NCBI GenBank assembly: GCA_038279365.1
Contig: JAYODI010000043.1
Location: forward strand, 1 to 45,979
Length of the DNA: 45,979 bases
Direction of reading: 5' to 3'
Source: Candidatus Latescibacterota bacterium
GTDB lineage: Bacteria > Latescibacterota > UBA2968
A program made the translations under genes and the position numbers. Below the pieces are notes generated by a model. It saw only the letters and a program-made list of their open reading frames with translations. It made no database searches and had not been told where the DNA came from. Shown one piece after another: positions 1-9,816 of the stretch. Each line of letters starts with the position of its first letter. The stretch's first letter is position 1.

Positions 1-1651
1 GCAAATGAAAATCACCACGGTTGGGGTGTAACTTGATGCCTACAAGCAAAGTTTCAATAGCTTCTTTTACTGCTTTGCGATTGAGCAGATGTTTCACGAA
101 ACGCAAGCGCAGATCTGCTCTGCTTGGGTCTTGTTGGAGGGTTTGACGATAGAGGTCTTCGGCCTCGGTTACTTGGTTTTCTGCTTCGAGGGCTTTACCA
201 AATGGCAGTGCTATTTGGGGCAATGCCATACCGTGCGATTGGGCTGTGATAAAGGCATTGATGGCATCGGTATAACGCTTTTGTGCCATATATGTTTGGC
301 CCATTGCAGCATGAATGTCTGCACGGTCTGGGAGTGATTCTATGGCGCGATTAAAATGGGTGAGGGCGTTTTCATATTGTTCAATTTGATGGTCAAACTT
401 TCCGCGCACAAATTGGTATTCGGGGTCTGTTTCGGAAACGGTTGCAATACGATCTAAGACCACACGTGCCCGTGCTGTTTCTTGGGCAGATAGGTGTGCA
501 TCGGCAAGCAAAATTTGATATGTGAGTTCGCCGGGCATTTGTTCCACGGCTTGTTGAAGGTGTAAAATGGCTTTGCGGCTTTGGTCTTTTGAAAGATAAA
601 GTTTACCCACTTCATAATGTGTTTCGGGGCGTTTGTTATATGCTTCGAGTGCTTGTTCGTAAGCCAAAAGTGCTTGTTCGGGTTGGTTTAACAAACGATA
701 AATGGTGCCTTGTAAGTGAAAGGCATCATCGTCCCAAGGAGTGACTTGGGTGATGGTGGTAAGCCATGTCACTGCTTGTGGTAAGTTTTCTTCTTGCAAG
801 GCCATATCAATGAGGCCGTAATAAGGTGCGGTATATGCAGGATCTTTTTTTATGGCTGTTTCAAAGGCTCTCATTGCGGCTTGGGGTTTGTTTTGAAGGC
901 CAAAAATGATGCCTTGATAAGTGTGTGCCACAGCCAATTCAGGATTGCGTTGTAAGATGCGTTCGAGTTGCTTGCTGGCGCGTTTAAGGGTGCGTTCGCG
1001 TTGTTTGTCGCTGGTTAATGTGGGGAGATCAAAAATGTATTGTTCAACTTCTGCTGTGTTTTCATACGTGCTAAAGTCAGAGGCTTGCATGGGGGACTGT
1101 GCGTTAAATAGGGGATCGATGTTTAGCGCGTTGCCCAGTTGCATAAGGAGTTTGTTTTGAAGTTGAAGCATGTCTTCTGTGCGACCTTCGACATAGGCAG
1201 AGCCCAAAGTTTGCCCGTTGGCGATGTTGGCCACGCGTGCGGCAAGCCAAATTTGAGAGCCTTTTTGTGGGGCCGGTGGTTCTTGTGCTTGTAAAATGAT
1301 ATTGGCTGCTTTTTGGTCGCTTATTTTGCCAATGGCACCCAATAATACACGGTCTGCATTGAGCCATTGGCCGAGGGGTTCGGTGGTAACTGCGGGGGTC
1401 CAGGCGGCTTGCATGGGGGTGATGCCCGCAGAACGCAGTTCTTGTACGATATTGGCAAAAGGCAATGTGCGTACGGATGGATTGCGACGGAGCGTTTCGG
1501 TGAGGGTTGAGGCGGTTGCAAAGCTGAGCCATTGGAGCGTGTTGCGGTCTTTGGCAATGCCAAAGGGCAAAATGGCTACGGTGGGACGATCTGCGGCGTG
1601 CAGGTGTGGCGATATGGCCAAGAGCATGGCCAAAAGGATTGTGCGTATCAT
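1..1651 (-). CDS. Secreted TPR-repeat protein with TolB-like/FlgO-like N-terminal domain (3' end off window)
   Basis: Manual translation from ATG at 1651 gives MIRTILLAMLLAISPHLHA-ADRPTVAILPF...LQWLSFATASTLTETL (signal peptide, then a TVAILPF motif). The same frame at the window edge reads AIETLLVGIKLHPNRGDFHL (TPR-like). Absent from the ORF track because it has no stop in the window. Confidence 0.75.
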   Translation of the reverse strand, partial: MIRTILLAMLLAISPHLHAADRPTVAILPFGIAKDRNTLQWLSFATASTLTETLRRNPSVRTLPFANIVQELRSAGITPMQAAWTPAVTTEPLGQWLNADRVLLGAIGKISDQKAANIILQAQEPPAPQKGSQIWLAARVANIANGQTLGSAYVEGRTEDMLQLQNKLLMQLGNALNIDPLFNAQSPMQASDFSTYENTAEVEQYIFDLPTLTSDKQRERTLKRASKQLERILQRNPELAVAHTYQGIIFGLQNKPQAAMRAFETAIKKDPAYTAPYYGLIDMALQEENLPQAVTWLTTITQVTPWDDDAFHLQGTIYRLLNQPEQALLAYEQALEAYNKRPETHYEVGKLYLSKDQSRKAILHLQQAVEQMPGELTYQILLADAHLSAQETARARVVLDRIATVSETDPEYQFVRGKFDHQIEQYENALTHFNRAIESLPDRADIHAAMGQTYMAQKRYTDAINAFITAQSHGMALPQIALPFGKALEAENQVTEAEDLYRQTLQQDPSRADLRLRFVKHLLNRKAVKEAIETLLVGIKLHPNRGDFHL

Positions 1652-1903
1652 GGGGGAGATCCTTTTAAGGGCAAACGCAGTGGGATGTTTATTTGGTTTT
1701 TTAATGTGTTGGGCTTTTTGCCTATCTCTTTATTTTATCGGCAAATTAAGCGAATGCTGAAGCGGGAAAAGGTGTTTGGTTTGTCGCTGTTGGTATTTCG
1801 CAATTCGTGATCTTAATGGGATGGTGGATTAAGTATGATTCTTCGCACATAATGTAACAAGATTTGTTGTGGGTGGAAACGGTGCTTGGTGGTTTGGGGT
1901 GAA

Positions 1904-3220
1904 TTATTGTAATTTTCTCAGACGGGTGGCAAAGACGCCGTCATATCCGTATTCGTGGGGGGCGTATTGGAGATGGTTGGTTTGTGTGTTTGGGAGGTGG
2001 TTGCTGGCGGGTTCCAACTGAAATTGGGGGTGGTTTGCTAAGAAGGTGTCGATGACTTGATCATTTTCTTCGGGTTCGAGCGTACAGGTGCTATAAACCA
2101 GAATGCCATTGTTTTTGACATGTTTGGCAGCTTGTGTGAGTAAGGTTTGTTGCTGGTGGGCAAGCTTTTGAATATCGTGGATGTTGCGGTGCCAGCGCAT
2201 ATCGGGGTGGTGATTGAGAATGCCCAGTGTTGAGCAAGGGGCGTCGAGCAAAACGCGGTCAAATTGTTGATTTGAAGGAATTTGGCTGGCATCAGCTGCA
2301 AAGGCTCGGATATTGGTGATGTGGAGGCGTTGGGCATTTTGCAAAACAGTTTTAAGACGTACAGGGTAAAGGTCTATGGCAACAATGGTTCCTGTGTTTT
2401 GCATTTTTTCTGCCATGGCTGTTGTTTTGCCACCTGGGGCGCTGCACATGTCGAGAATGGTTTCGTGGGGTTGAGGATCGAGTAAATGGATGACACAAGC
2501 GGCGCCCACGCCTTGCACGGAAAAAAGGCCATTTTGAAATGCTTGGGTCTGAAAGAGTGCCCCTGGATGTGGTATGGATAGCATATGGGGATGATGAGGG
2601 GTGATTTCTGCCTGAATATTTTCTTGGACAAGTTGTTTTTGTAGGTCTTGTGGTGTGTTTTTGAGCGTGTTGGTGCGAATGGTAAGAATGGGTTCTGTGT
2701 TGTTGATTTGGCATAATTTTTTTGTGTTTTCAAACCCATATCGAGCGACCCAGCGCTTGATCATCCAGTGGGGGTGTGATTCGGTGGTTGCAAGGTGATC
2801 GATGGGTTGGGCCTGGGCGTTGGGATAGCGCACTGTTTTGCGATTTTCGGCAACACCACGCAAGATGGCATTTACAAAACGACCGGCTGGTGCGCCTTCT
2901 ATTTGGCGAGCAAGGGATACCGATTCGTTGACAATGGCGTAAGCGGGTACGCGGTCGAGGTGTTGCAATTGGTAAACGCCCAAACGAAGCAGGTTGCGCA
3001 AAGGTATTTTTTGTTTGTCTACAGGATTGGGCAAATAAACGTTGAGTACATGATCGATTTTTTGTCGCCAAGTGAGTGTTCCTAATACCAAATGTTGTAA
3101 GAGGTCTCGGTCACGAGGTTCTAAAATGTTGCGTTGTGTTTCGAGCAAATGGTTGGCATAAGCACCGTTTTCGACACGGCATAAAATATCGAGTGCAAGC
3201 TGGCGTGGGGTTTTGGGCAT
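1904..3220 (-). CDS. rsmB: 16S rRNA m5C967 methyltransferase RsmB/Sun
   Basis: NusB-like N-terminus (LRLGVYQL, AIVNESV, FVNAILR), SHPxW, DMCSAPGGKT, DRVLLDAPCS and YSTCT motifs. Confidence 0.95.
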   Translation of the reverse strand: MPKTPRQLALDILCRVENGAYANHLLETQRNILEPRDRDLLQHLVLGTLTWRQKIDHVLNVYLPNPVDKQKIPLRNLLRLGVYQLQHLDRVPAYAIVNESVSLARQIEGAPAGRFVNAILRGVAENRKTVRYPNAQAQPIDHLATTESHPHWMIKRWVARYGFENTKKLCQINNTEPILTIRTNTLKNTPQDLQKQLVQENIQAEITPHHPHMLSIPHPGALFQTQAFQNGLFSVQGVGAACVIHLLDPQPHETILDMCSAPGGKTTAMAEKMQNTGTIVAIDLYPVRLKTVLQNAQRLHITNIRAFAADASQIPSNQQFDRVLLDAPCSTLGILNHHPDMRWHRNIHDIQKLAHQQQTLLTQAAKHVKNNGILVYSTCTLEPEENDQVIDTFLANHPQFQLEPASNHLPNTQTNHLQYAPHEYGYDGVFATRLRKLQ

Positions 3221-3265
3221 ATTGGCTTTCGGTTTTGAAATTGTTCATAAATTGTTTTGCTTCGT

Positions 3266-3344
3266 AAAATACACCGCTTGGTGGAATTATGTCAAGGTAA
3301 GTTACTTTAAAACCCTTGACTTAAATGAAGGTATGGGATAAATT
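3266..3344. promoter_or_regulatory. Divergent sigma70-type promoters for rsmB and clpP
   Basis: + strand TTGACT (3316-3321)-17 nt-TAAATT (3339-3344). Minus strand TTGACA (3295-3290)-18 nt-TATTTT (3271-3266). Confidence 0.5.
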
Positions 3345-3444
3345 GATCGGAATGTAATACCATAAAAGTAGGATTTTAAAACGGGAACAGAATCGGATAT
3401 AAGAGAGATTCTTGACAGGTTACTTTATTTTGCTGGAGGATAGG

Positions 3445-4092
3445 ATGGTTGATGAGGAGCTTTTGATCCTTGAAGATGAGGATGAAGAAGAGGAAGAGGA
3501 AGAAGAGGAAGAAGAGGGGGGGGAAAAGGGCGCAAAAGAAGGGCCTTCTTTTTTGGGCAAGGGGTTGATGGATGCGCGGACCATTTTGATTTCTGATCCT
3601 GTGGATCATAAGTTGACGGCCAAGGTGACCGCACAATTGTTGTTTTTAGATCATCAAGACCAAGAAAAACCCATTCGCATTTTTATTAATTCGCCCGGTG
3701 GCAGTGTGTATGATGGGTTTGCCATTTATGATATGATTCGGTTTGTGCGCCCGAAGGTCAAAATTATCAGTTCGGGGTTGTCGGCCAGTGCGGCCACAGT
3801 GATTATGTTGGCGGCAGATAAAGAGAACCGCATGGCAATGCCCAATGCGCGCATTATGATCCATCAACCTTCGATGCGTTTTCAAGGTGCCGCAGAAGAT
3901 GTGCGCCGAACGGCTGAAGAAGTGTTGAAAATTAAAAAGAAAATCAATCAGATGTATGCCGACGAAACGGGTCAGTCATTTGAAAAGGTACAAGAAGATA
4001 CGGATCGCGATTATTGGATGAGCCCCGATGAGGCTTTGGAATATGGACTCATTAGCAAGATCGTACACACGTATGATGAGATTGATGGGTAA
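3445..4092 (+). CDS. clpP: ATP-dependent Clp protease proteolytic subunit with acidic N-terminal extension
   Basis: INSPGGSV, GLSASAA (catalytic Ser), IMIHQP (His), DRDYWM (Asp), EALEYGLI. RBS GGAGGA at 3435-3440 favours ATG 3445. Confidence 0.95.
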   Translation: MVDEELLILEDEDEEEEEEEEEEEGGEKGAKEGPSFLGKGLMDARTILISDPVDHKLTAKVTAQLLFLDHQDQEKPIRIFINSPGGSVYDGFAIYDMIRFVRPKVKIISSGLSASAATVIMLAADKENRMAMPNARIMIHQPSMRFQGAAEDVRRTAEEVLKIKKKINQMYADETGQSFEKVQEDTDRDYWMSPDEALEYGLISKIVHTYDEIDG

Positions 4093-4167
4093 AGTCAATC
4101 ACTGGTCACAGGTCAGAAAAGGTTTGTTGCTTTCGACTTGTGACTTGGAGACTTGCGACTTGAGACC
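4091..4167. repeat. Heptamer tandem repeats (GACTTGN x4) with a partial inverted copy upstream
   Basis: gacttgt-gacttgga-gacttgc-gacttga at 4135-4163; agtca/ggtca units at 4093-4115. Confidence 0.6.
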
Positions 4168-4209
4168 CATCTTGTTAAAGCTGTGGGCTTGAATATGAGG
4201 CAAACGACA

Positions 4210-4258
4210 ATGGCAGACGGCAGACAATCAAGATCTGTTTTCTGCCATCTGTTTTTTT
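4210..4258 (+). terminator. Terminator-like hairpin built from heptamers, directly before the hemE RBS
   Basis: ATGGCAGA (4210-4217) pairs with TCTGCCAT (4241-4248), followed by ctgTTTTTTT; the RBS GAGGTG comes immediately after. Confidence 0.4.
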
Positions 4259-4269
4259 GAGGTGATACT

Positions 4270-5304
4270 ATGTCAAGAGCAGACCGTTTTTTGAATGCGT
4301 GTCGGAAAAAGCCCGTGGATGCAACACCGGTTTGGTTGATGCGTCAAGCAGGGCGTTATATGGCAGAATATCGGGCTTTGAAAGATAAGTACGAATTTTT
4401 GGAAATGGTAAAAACGCCCGATTTGGCAACTGAAGTGACCTTGCAACCCGTAAATGCTTATGAAGTGGATGCTGCGATTATTTTTCAAGATTTGTTGCCT
4501 ATTTTGGAGCCGATGGGGCTCAATTTGGAATATGTGCGTGGTGAAGGCCCTGTGATTCACAACCCGATTCGCAGTGTGGCCGATATTGATGCTTTAAAGA
4601 TAAAGCCTGCCGAAGAGGCCACGCCCTATACGTTTGATGCCATTCGCCAACTGCGCCGAGAATTGGATGGCAAGGTGCCGTTAATTGGTTTTGCAGGTGC
4701 GCCGTTTACATTGGTAAGCTATGCTGTTGAAGGTGGCGGTTCACGCAATTATACTTTTGCCAAGGGTTTGATGTATGGCCAACAAGATCAGTGGCACAGG
4801 TTGATGGACATGATGGCGACCGCCATTGGACATAACTTGGCCGCGCAAGCACGCGCAGGGGCACAGGCGTTGCAAATGTTTGACAGTTGGATAGGCGCAT
4901 TGAGCGCAGCTGATTATCGAGAGTTTGTGTTGCCGTATTCTAAAAAGGCCATTGATTTGGCACGTGAAGGTGGCGATGTGCCTGTGATTCATTTTGGCAC
5001 AGGCACGGCGGGCATTTTGCACTTGATCAAAGAGGCCGGTGGGGATGTGATTGGTGTGGATTGGCGCATTGATTTGGATGTGGCTTGGGATGGTTTGGGC
5101 GATGTGGCCGTGCAAGGCAACTTAGATCCTGTCATATTGTTTGCGCCCTTTGATGAGATCAAACGCCAGACCACACGCATATTGGACAGCGTGAAAGGGC
5201 GACCGGGGCATATTTTTAATTTGGGCCACGGCATTTTGCAACATACGCCTATTGAAAATGTACGGCAATTAATCGACTTTGTACACGATTATACAAAGGT
5301 GTAA
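4270..5304 (+). CDS. hemE: Uroporphyrinogen decarboxylase
   Basis: PVWLMRQAGRYM, LIGFAGAPFTL, FDSW, QGNLDP and HIFNLGHGI signatures. Confidence 0.97.
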   Translation: MSRADRFLNACRKKPVDATPVWLMRQAGRYMAEYRALKDKYEFLEMVKTPDLATEVTLQPVNAYEVDAAIIFQDLLPILEPMGLNLEYVRGEGPVIHNPIRSVADIDALKIKPAEEATPYTFDAIRQLRRELDGKVPLIGFAGAPFTLVSYAVEGGGSRNYTFAKGLMYGQQDQWHRLMDMMATAIGHNLAAQARAGAQALQMFDSWIGALSAADYREFVLPYSKKAIDLAREGGDVPVIHFGTGTAGILHLIKEAGGDVIGVDWRIDLDVAWDGLGDVAVQGNLDPVILFAPFDEIKRQTTRILDSVKGRPGHIFNLGHGILQHTPIENVRQLIDFVHDYTKV

Positions 5305-5306
5305 AA

Positions 5307-6221
5307 ATGAGTCAAGTGGGCATATTAATGATGGCGTATGGCAGCCCAGAATCTTTGGATGATATGGCTGCTTATCTCAACGACATTCGTGGTGGTCGCC
5401 CGATGTCGCCTGAATTTGTGGAAGAATTTCGGGGGCGATATGCACAAATTGGGGGCAAGTCTCCGCTCAATGAATTGACCTTTGCTCAAGGTGAAGCAAC
5501 ACAAGCTGAGTTGCAAAAGCGGGGTGTAAATGCTAAGGTTTATGTGGGCATGCGCCATTGGACGCCGTGGATAAAAGATGCGGTGGCCGATATGCACGCC
5601 GATGGTGTGACAGATGCGGTGGCCATTGTGATGGCACCACATTATTCACGTATGAGCATTGGACGCTATTGGCAAAAAGTGAACGAGGCACAAGAAGCCA
5701 TTGGCAGTGCGATTCGTTTTAAGTTTGTCGATTCTTGGAGCCGGGAAGAAAAATTGTTGGATGCGCAGTTGGCCAAAACCAAATCGGGTTTGGCCAAGTT
5801 TGATACAGGTGACCCGGTGAAGGTGGTGTTTTCTGCACACAGTTTACCCGCCCGATTGAAAGAAATGGGTGACCCGTATGACGATGAATTGCAAGACAAT
5901 GCCAAAACATTGGCCGAGCGGTTGGGGCAAGTGGATTGGATGTTTTCTTACCAAAGTGCTGCAAAAACTGGTGAACCTTGGTTGGGGCCTCAAATTGAAG
6001 ATGTGATTCCCGATTTGGCACAGGCAGGGTATACAAAGATGTTGTCGGTACCGATTGGGTTTGTGTGTGACCATGTGGAAGTGCTTTATGACATTGATAT
6101 TGGGTGCCAAGAAATCGCTCAGAAACACGGTGTGCATTTGGAGCGTGTGGAAATGATGAACTGCGATCCGTTGTTTATTGGTGCTGTGGCAGATGCGATA
6201 GAAAAAGCAATGGATAAGTGA
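5307..6221 (+). CDS. hemH: Ferrochelatase (HemH/CpfC type)
   Basis: MAYGSP, YAQIGGKSPL, MRHWTP, FSAHSLP, YQS...WLGP, GFVCDHVEVLYDID. Confidence 0.95.
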   Translation: MSQVGILMMAYGSPESLDDMAAYLNDIRGGRPMSPEFVEEFRGRYAQIGGKSPLNELTFAQGEATQAELQKRGVNAKVYVGMRHWTPWIKDAVADMHADGVTDAVAIVMAPHYSRMSIGRYWQKVNEAQEAIGSAIRFKFVDSWSREEKLLDAQLAKTKSGLAKFDTGDPVKVVFSAHSLPARLKEMGDPYDDELQDNAKTLAERLGQVDWMFSYQSAAKTGEPWLGPQIEDVIPDLAQAGYTKMLSVPIGFVCDHVEVLYDIDIGCQEIAQKHGVHLERVEMMNCDPLFIGAVADAIEKAMDK

Positions 6222-6268
6222 TGTTTTATACTGAATTTTAAGCGTTTACATTTCGTTTTGATTGGGTA

Positions 6269-7678
6269 ATGAATATGCATGTGACGATTATTGGCGGTGG
6301 CATTGCAGGGCTTGCGACCGCTTTTTATTTACAAAAAAAGGCCAAGGAACAGGGCAAATCGGTTCAGTATACGTTGTTGGAAAGCAGTGACCGTTGGGGG
6401 GGAAAGATTGCGACAGAATCTGTGGATGGTTTTTTAATTGAGGGTGGCCCCGATTTGTTGCTGACACAAAAACCTGCGGGTATTCAACTGTGCAAAGATT
6501 TGGGTTTGGGTGACCGATTGATTCCAACCAACAATGATCGGCAGAAGACCTTTTTGGTGCAGAAAGGGAAGTTGGTACAATTTCCTGCTGACTTTTCATT
6601 GGTGCCCACCAAATTTTGGCCATTTGCCGTATCCAATTTGTTTTCTTGGCCCGCCAAAATTCGAATGGGCATGGATTTGTTTATTCCGCCGCGAAAAGAA
6701 GATGGCGATGAAAGTTTGGCCGATTTTATTCGGCGAAGGTTGGGCAATGAAGCATTGGATAAAATTGGTGGGCCGATGTTGGCAGGCATTCACAGTGCCG
6801 ACCCTGAGTTGTTGAGTTTGCAAGGGTCGTTTCCGATGTATGCGATGATGGAAAAAAAATACGGTAGTCTCATTAAGGCTGCACGTGAAATGCGCAAGAA
6901 TCGCCCAGCTCCCACACCGGGTCAAAAACCCCCAGCAATGTTTAACAGTTTGATGGGTGGGTTGGGTGAAATGGTAGATGTGCTTGTTGAAAATTTGGGT
7001 GGTGATTTGCGAACCAATGCGGTCATTGAAAAGGTTGCTGAGAACCGTGCGGGATATGATGTGTGTGTAAATGGCGAAACGATTCATACCGATGCACTGG
7101 TGCTGTCTACGCCGGCTTATGTGGCGGGTGATTTGATGGCAGATATTTCACCCGAATTGGCCGAAGCATTGCGCGCGATTCGATATGTATCAACCGCAAC
7201 AATTTCTTTGGGTTATCAAAAGAATGATGTGGAAGGGCAACATGATTTTGAGGGGTTTGGGTTTTTGATTCCGAAGAGCGAAGGACGTCGCATTTCTGGA
7301 TGTACGTGGGCTTCCACCAAGCTTGATTATCGGGCACCTGAAGATGGGGTGTTGTTGCGCACATTTGTGGGGGGCACTGGGCAAGAAGATTTGGTGGATT
7401 TGAGTGATGAGGAATTGGTGGCGCTCTCACGTGAAGAGATTGCCGATTTGATGGGGGTGCGGGCAGAGCCAAAATTGACGCGTATTTTTAGGTGGAAAAA
7501 AGGACGGCCTCAGTACGATGTGGGGCATTTGGATCGCGTGGCAGAAATGGAAAAAATGGCGTTGGGTTTGGGTGGTGTGTATTTGACGGGCAGTGCCTAT
7601 CGGGGTTCGGGCATTCCTGATTGTGTGCAACAAGCTTTGGATACGGTTGAAAAGATTTTGGATCAGCACGATTCGTGA
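6269..7678 (+). CDS. hemY: Protoporphyrinogen/coproporphyrinogen oxidase (HemY/CgoX family)
   Basis: [12 protein letters not shown] motif, [42 protein letters not shown]; located in a hemE-hemH cluster. Confidence 0.93.
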   Translation: MNMHVTIIGGGIAGLATAFYLQKKAKEQGKSVQYTLLESSDRWGGKIATESVDGFLIEGGPDLLLTQKPAGIQLCKDLGLGDRLIPTNNDRQKTFLVQKGKLVQFPADFSLVPTKFWPFAVSNLFSWPAKIRMGMDLFIPPRKEDGDESLADFIRRRLGNEALDKIGGPMLAGIHSADPELLSLQGSFPMYAMMEKKYGSLIKAAREMRKNRPAPTPGQKPPAMFNSLMGGLGEMVDVLVENLGGDLRTNAVIEKVAENRAGYDVCVNGETIHTDALVLSTPAYVAGDLMADISPELAEALRAIRYVSTATISLGYQKNDVEGQHDFEGFGFLIPKSEGRRISGCTWASTKLDYRAPEDGVLLRTFVGGTGQEDLVDLSDEELVALSREEIADLMGVRAEPKLTRIFRWKKGRPQYDVGHLDRVAEMEKMALGLGGVYLTGSAYRGSGIPDCVQQALDTVEKILDQHDS

Positions 7679-7746
7679 TTGTGAATGCTGTTTATTTTGC
7701 GATTTTTTTAACACAGATGGCTACACCAATATGAGCATTTGAAATT

Positions 7747-9411
7747 ATGCGAATTTGTTATTTGGATATCAGTGCGTCATATTCCCATCGCTCTTTGGCA
7801 TTGCCTATGTTACACCTTGCGTGTGAGGGGAAGGTGGATGCCGAGTGGTCGATGGTTCATGCGACCATTGGTGATGATGTGCATGCCATTTCTGCGCGTG
7901 TGATTGAAACCCAACCCGACGTTGTGTTGGGAACGCTGTTTTTATTTACCCATGTTCACATGTTGCGCACACTTCGACGTGTGCATGCGCTGTTGCCCAA
8001 TGTGCATATTTATTTGGGTGGGCCTGAATTTTTAGGTGAAAATGAAGCGTTTTTACGGCGTGAAAGTTTTGTAGATGCTGTGTGTCGAGGCGAAGGTGAA
8101 TTGGCTTTGCCCGATTTGTTGCTGAACACAATGAACAAGTCGGCGTGGGCAAATTTGCCGGGGCTGTGTTGGTTGGATAATTATGGCACATATTGTGACA
8201 ATGGCACGGGTGCTTTAAACGAAGATCAGTGGAATACATTGCCACCGCCTTCGGACAGCCCATTTTTTGATTGGTCAAAGCCGTTTATTCAAATCGAAAC
8301 CAATCGCGGGTGTGCACAGTTTTGTACGTTTTGCACGAGTTATCGAACGGGACCCACACGTTGGTCACCTTTGGATCGTTTGCGGCGGGTTTTAACTCAG
8401 GCTCGTGAAGAAGGCGTAAAAGAGATTCGGATTTTGGATCGCACATTTAATGCCACGCCGCGTCATGCCATTGATCGCTTGCGTTTGTTTGCCGATGAGT
8501 TTTCGGATTTGCGCTTTCACCTTGAGATTCATCCCGCATTTTTGCCGCAACACTTTCGTGACACCCTCAAGGAGATGCCCAATGGGTTGTTGCATTTGGA
8601 AGTGGGGTTGCAAACAACCCACCCCGAAGCATTGGTGGCGGCAGGGCGCGCGGGGAAACCTGCTGTGAATTGGGAAGGGTTGTCGTTTTTGTGTGGGCTA
8701 CCCAATGTGGATGTACACGCCGACTTAATTGGTGCATTGCCCTTTTTAAACTTGGATCATCAGGTGCGTGATTTGGGTGACTTGACCTTGTTGCGTCCAG
8801 CGGAAATTCAGTTGGAAATTTTAAAAGTATTGCCGGGTACACCCGTTGCACGGCAAGCGGCAGAATATGGTGTGCAACATGCCCCTGACCCGCCTTATGA
8901 AGTTTTGGCAACACCCGAAATGCCCAGTGCCGATGTGCAAACCACGGTGAGTTTGTCGCGCATTGTGGATCGTTTTTTTAATCAGCCCGTATTACAACCT
9001 GCGGTGATCGCTGCGGTTGAGAAGGACGTTTATTTTTATTTGAATTTTTTAAATTATTTACAAAATCAAACCGACCCTGCACCACCGATGAGTTTGAAAC
9101 GCCGGGCGCAGTATTTGCACGCATACTTGATGGAGACCGATGTGGAATCGGCAGACTTGGTGGCCTATCATTGGTTGCTGGCTGGGCAATCACCCGACAG
9201 TGCGGTGGGCAAGGTAGAACGGTGGAAACAAGGTGTGCCTCATGAAGCTGTTCGGGTTTATGGCGACGGTGTGATTGATTATGATGGGCAAGTGTGGGTG
9301 TTGGAATTACAAGATAACAAAGCATTTTTTGTGTTTGATCGCAAACACAGCAATGTGCCTGTGGCGGTGTTTAAAGAGGTTGGCGAGGTGCTTCAAACGG
9401 CATCGGTTTGA
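7747..9411 (+). CDS. B12-binding-domain radical SAM protein (DUF4080-like C-terminus)
   Basis: N-terminal B12-binding-like domain (LGGPE, RGEGE), ETNRGCAQFCTFC (CxxxCxxC), LDRTFN, HADLIGALP, LKVLPGT, PPYEVL. Confidence 0.85.
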   Translation: MRICYLDISASYSHRSLALPMLHLACEGKVDAEWSMVHATIGDDVHAISARVIETQPDVVLGTLFLFTHVHMLRTLRRVHALLPNVHIYLGGPEFLGENEAFLRRESFVDAVCRGEGELALPDLLLNTMNKSAWANLPGLCWLDNYGTYCDNGTGALNEDQWNTLPPPSDSPFFDWSKPFIQIETNRGCAQFCTFCTSYRTGPTRWSPLDRLRRVLTQAREEGVKEIRILDRTFNATPRHAIDRLRLFADEFSDLRFHLEIHPAFLPQHFRDTLKEMPNGLLHLEVGLQTTHPEALVAAGRAGKPAVNWEGLSFLCGLPNVDVHADLIGALPFLNLDHQVRDLGDLTLLRPAEIQLEILKVLPGTPVARQAAEYGVQHAPDPPYEVLATPEMPSADVQTTVSLSRIVDRFFNQPVLQPAVIAAVEKDVYFYLNFLNYLQNQTDPAPPMSLKRRAQYLHAYLMETDVESADLVAYHWLLAGQSPDSAVGKVERWKQGVPHEAVRVYGDGVIDYDGQVWVLELQDNKAFFVFDRKHSNVPVAVFKEVGEVLQTASV

Positions 9412-9740
9412 TTTGGGTCTGTTTTGGAAATGAATAGACGACGTTTTTTATGATCATGCGCAATTATCTTGCACGATCTTTTTTTATAAAAATTTATGTT
9501 TTTGAGAGCAAATTATATTTTTTGTTTGTTTTATAAGTGAAATTCACGATTTTGTATGTAATAATAAGTTGTGAAACTTACTCGAATGTGTTTGATGGTT
9601 TGTTTATGACGACGTGTGGTTGCCAATATAAGTTGTGAGCAAAGCATTGTCATTTACGGCCAAGGGTTGAGGTACTTTTTTATACCTATATGTTTTTGGA
9701 TGCACTTGGGCGTTTTTCGGTTGCGTGTAAAGGCCGTTAA

Positions 9741-9769
9741 TTGCCTTTATACTTCTTGATTTCTATATT
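9741..9769 (+). promoter_or_regulatory. Putative sigma70 promoter
   Basis: TTGCCT-17 nt-TATATT about 50 nt upstream of ATG 9817. Confidence 0.4.
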
Positions 9770-9816
9770 AGATAGAAGCACACGTATATGAACGCAAGGT
9801 AACTATTAGGGATGAT

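Noticed and set aside
3291-3320. Inverted repeat GTCAAGG...CCTTGAC as a repressor site (CtsR/HrcA)
   Set aside because: Explained by back-to-back -35 boxes; it does not match CIRCE or the CtsR direct repeat.
9412-9816. Riboswitch or ncRNA in the AT-rich intergenic region
   Set aside because: No recognisable aptamer or stable hairpin by eye; an Rfam scan would be needed.
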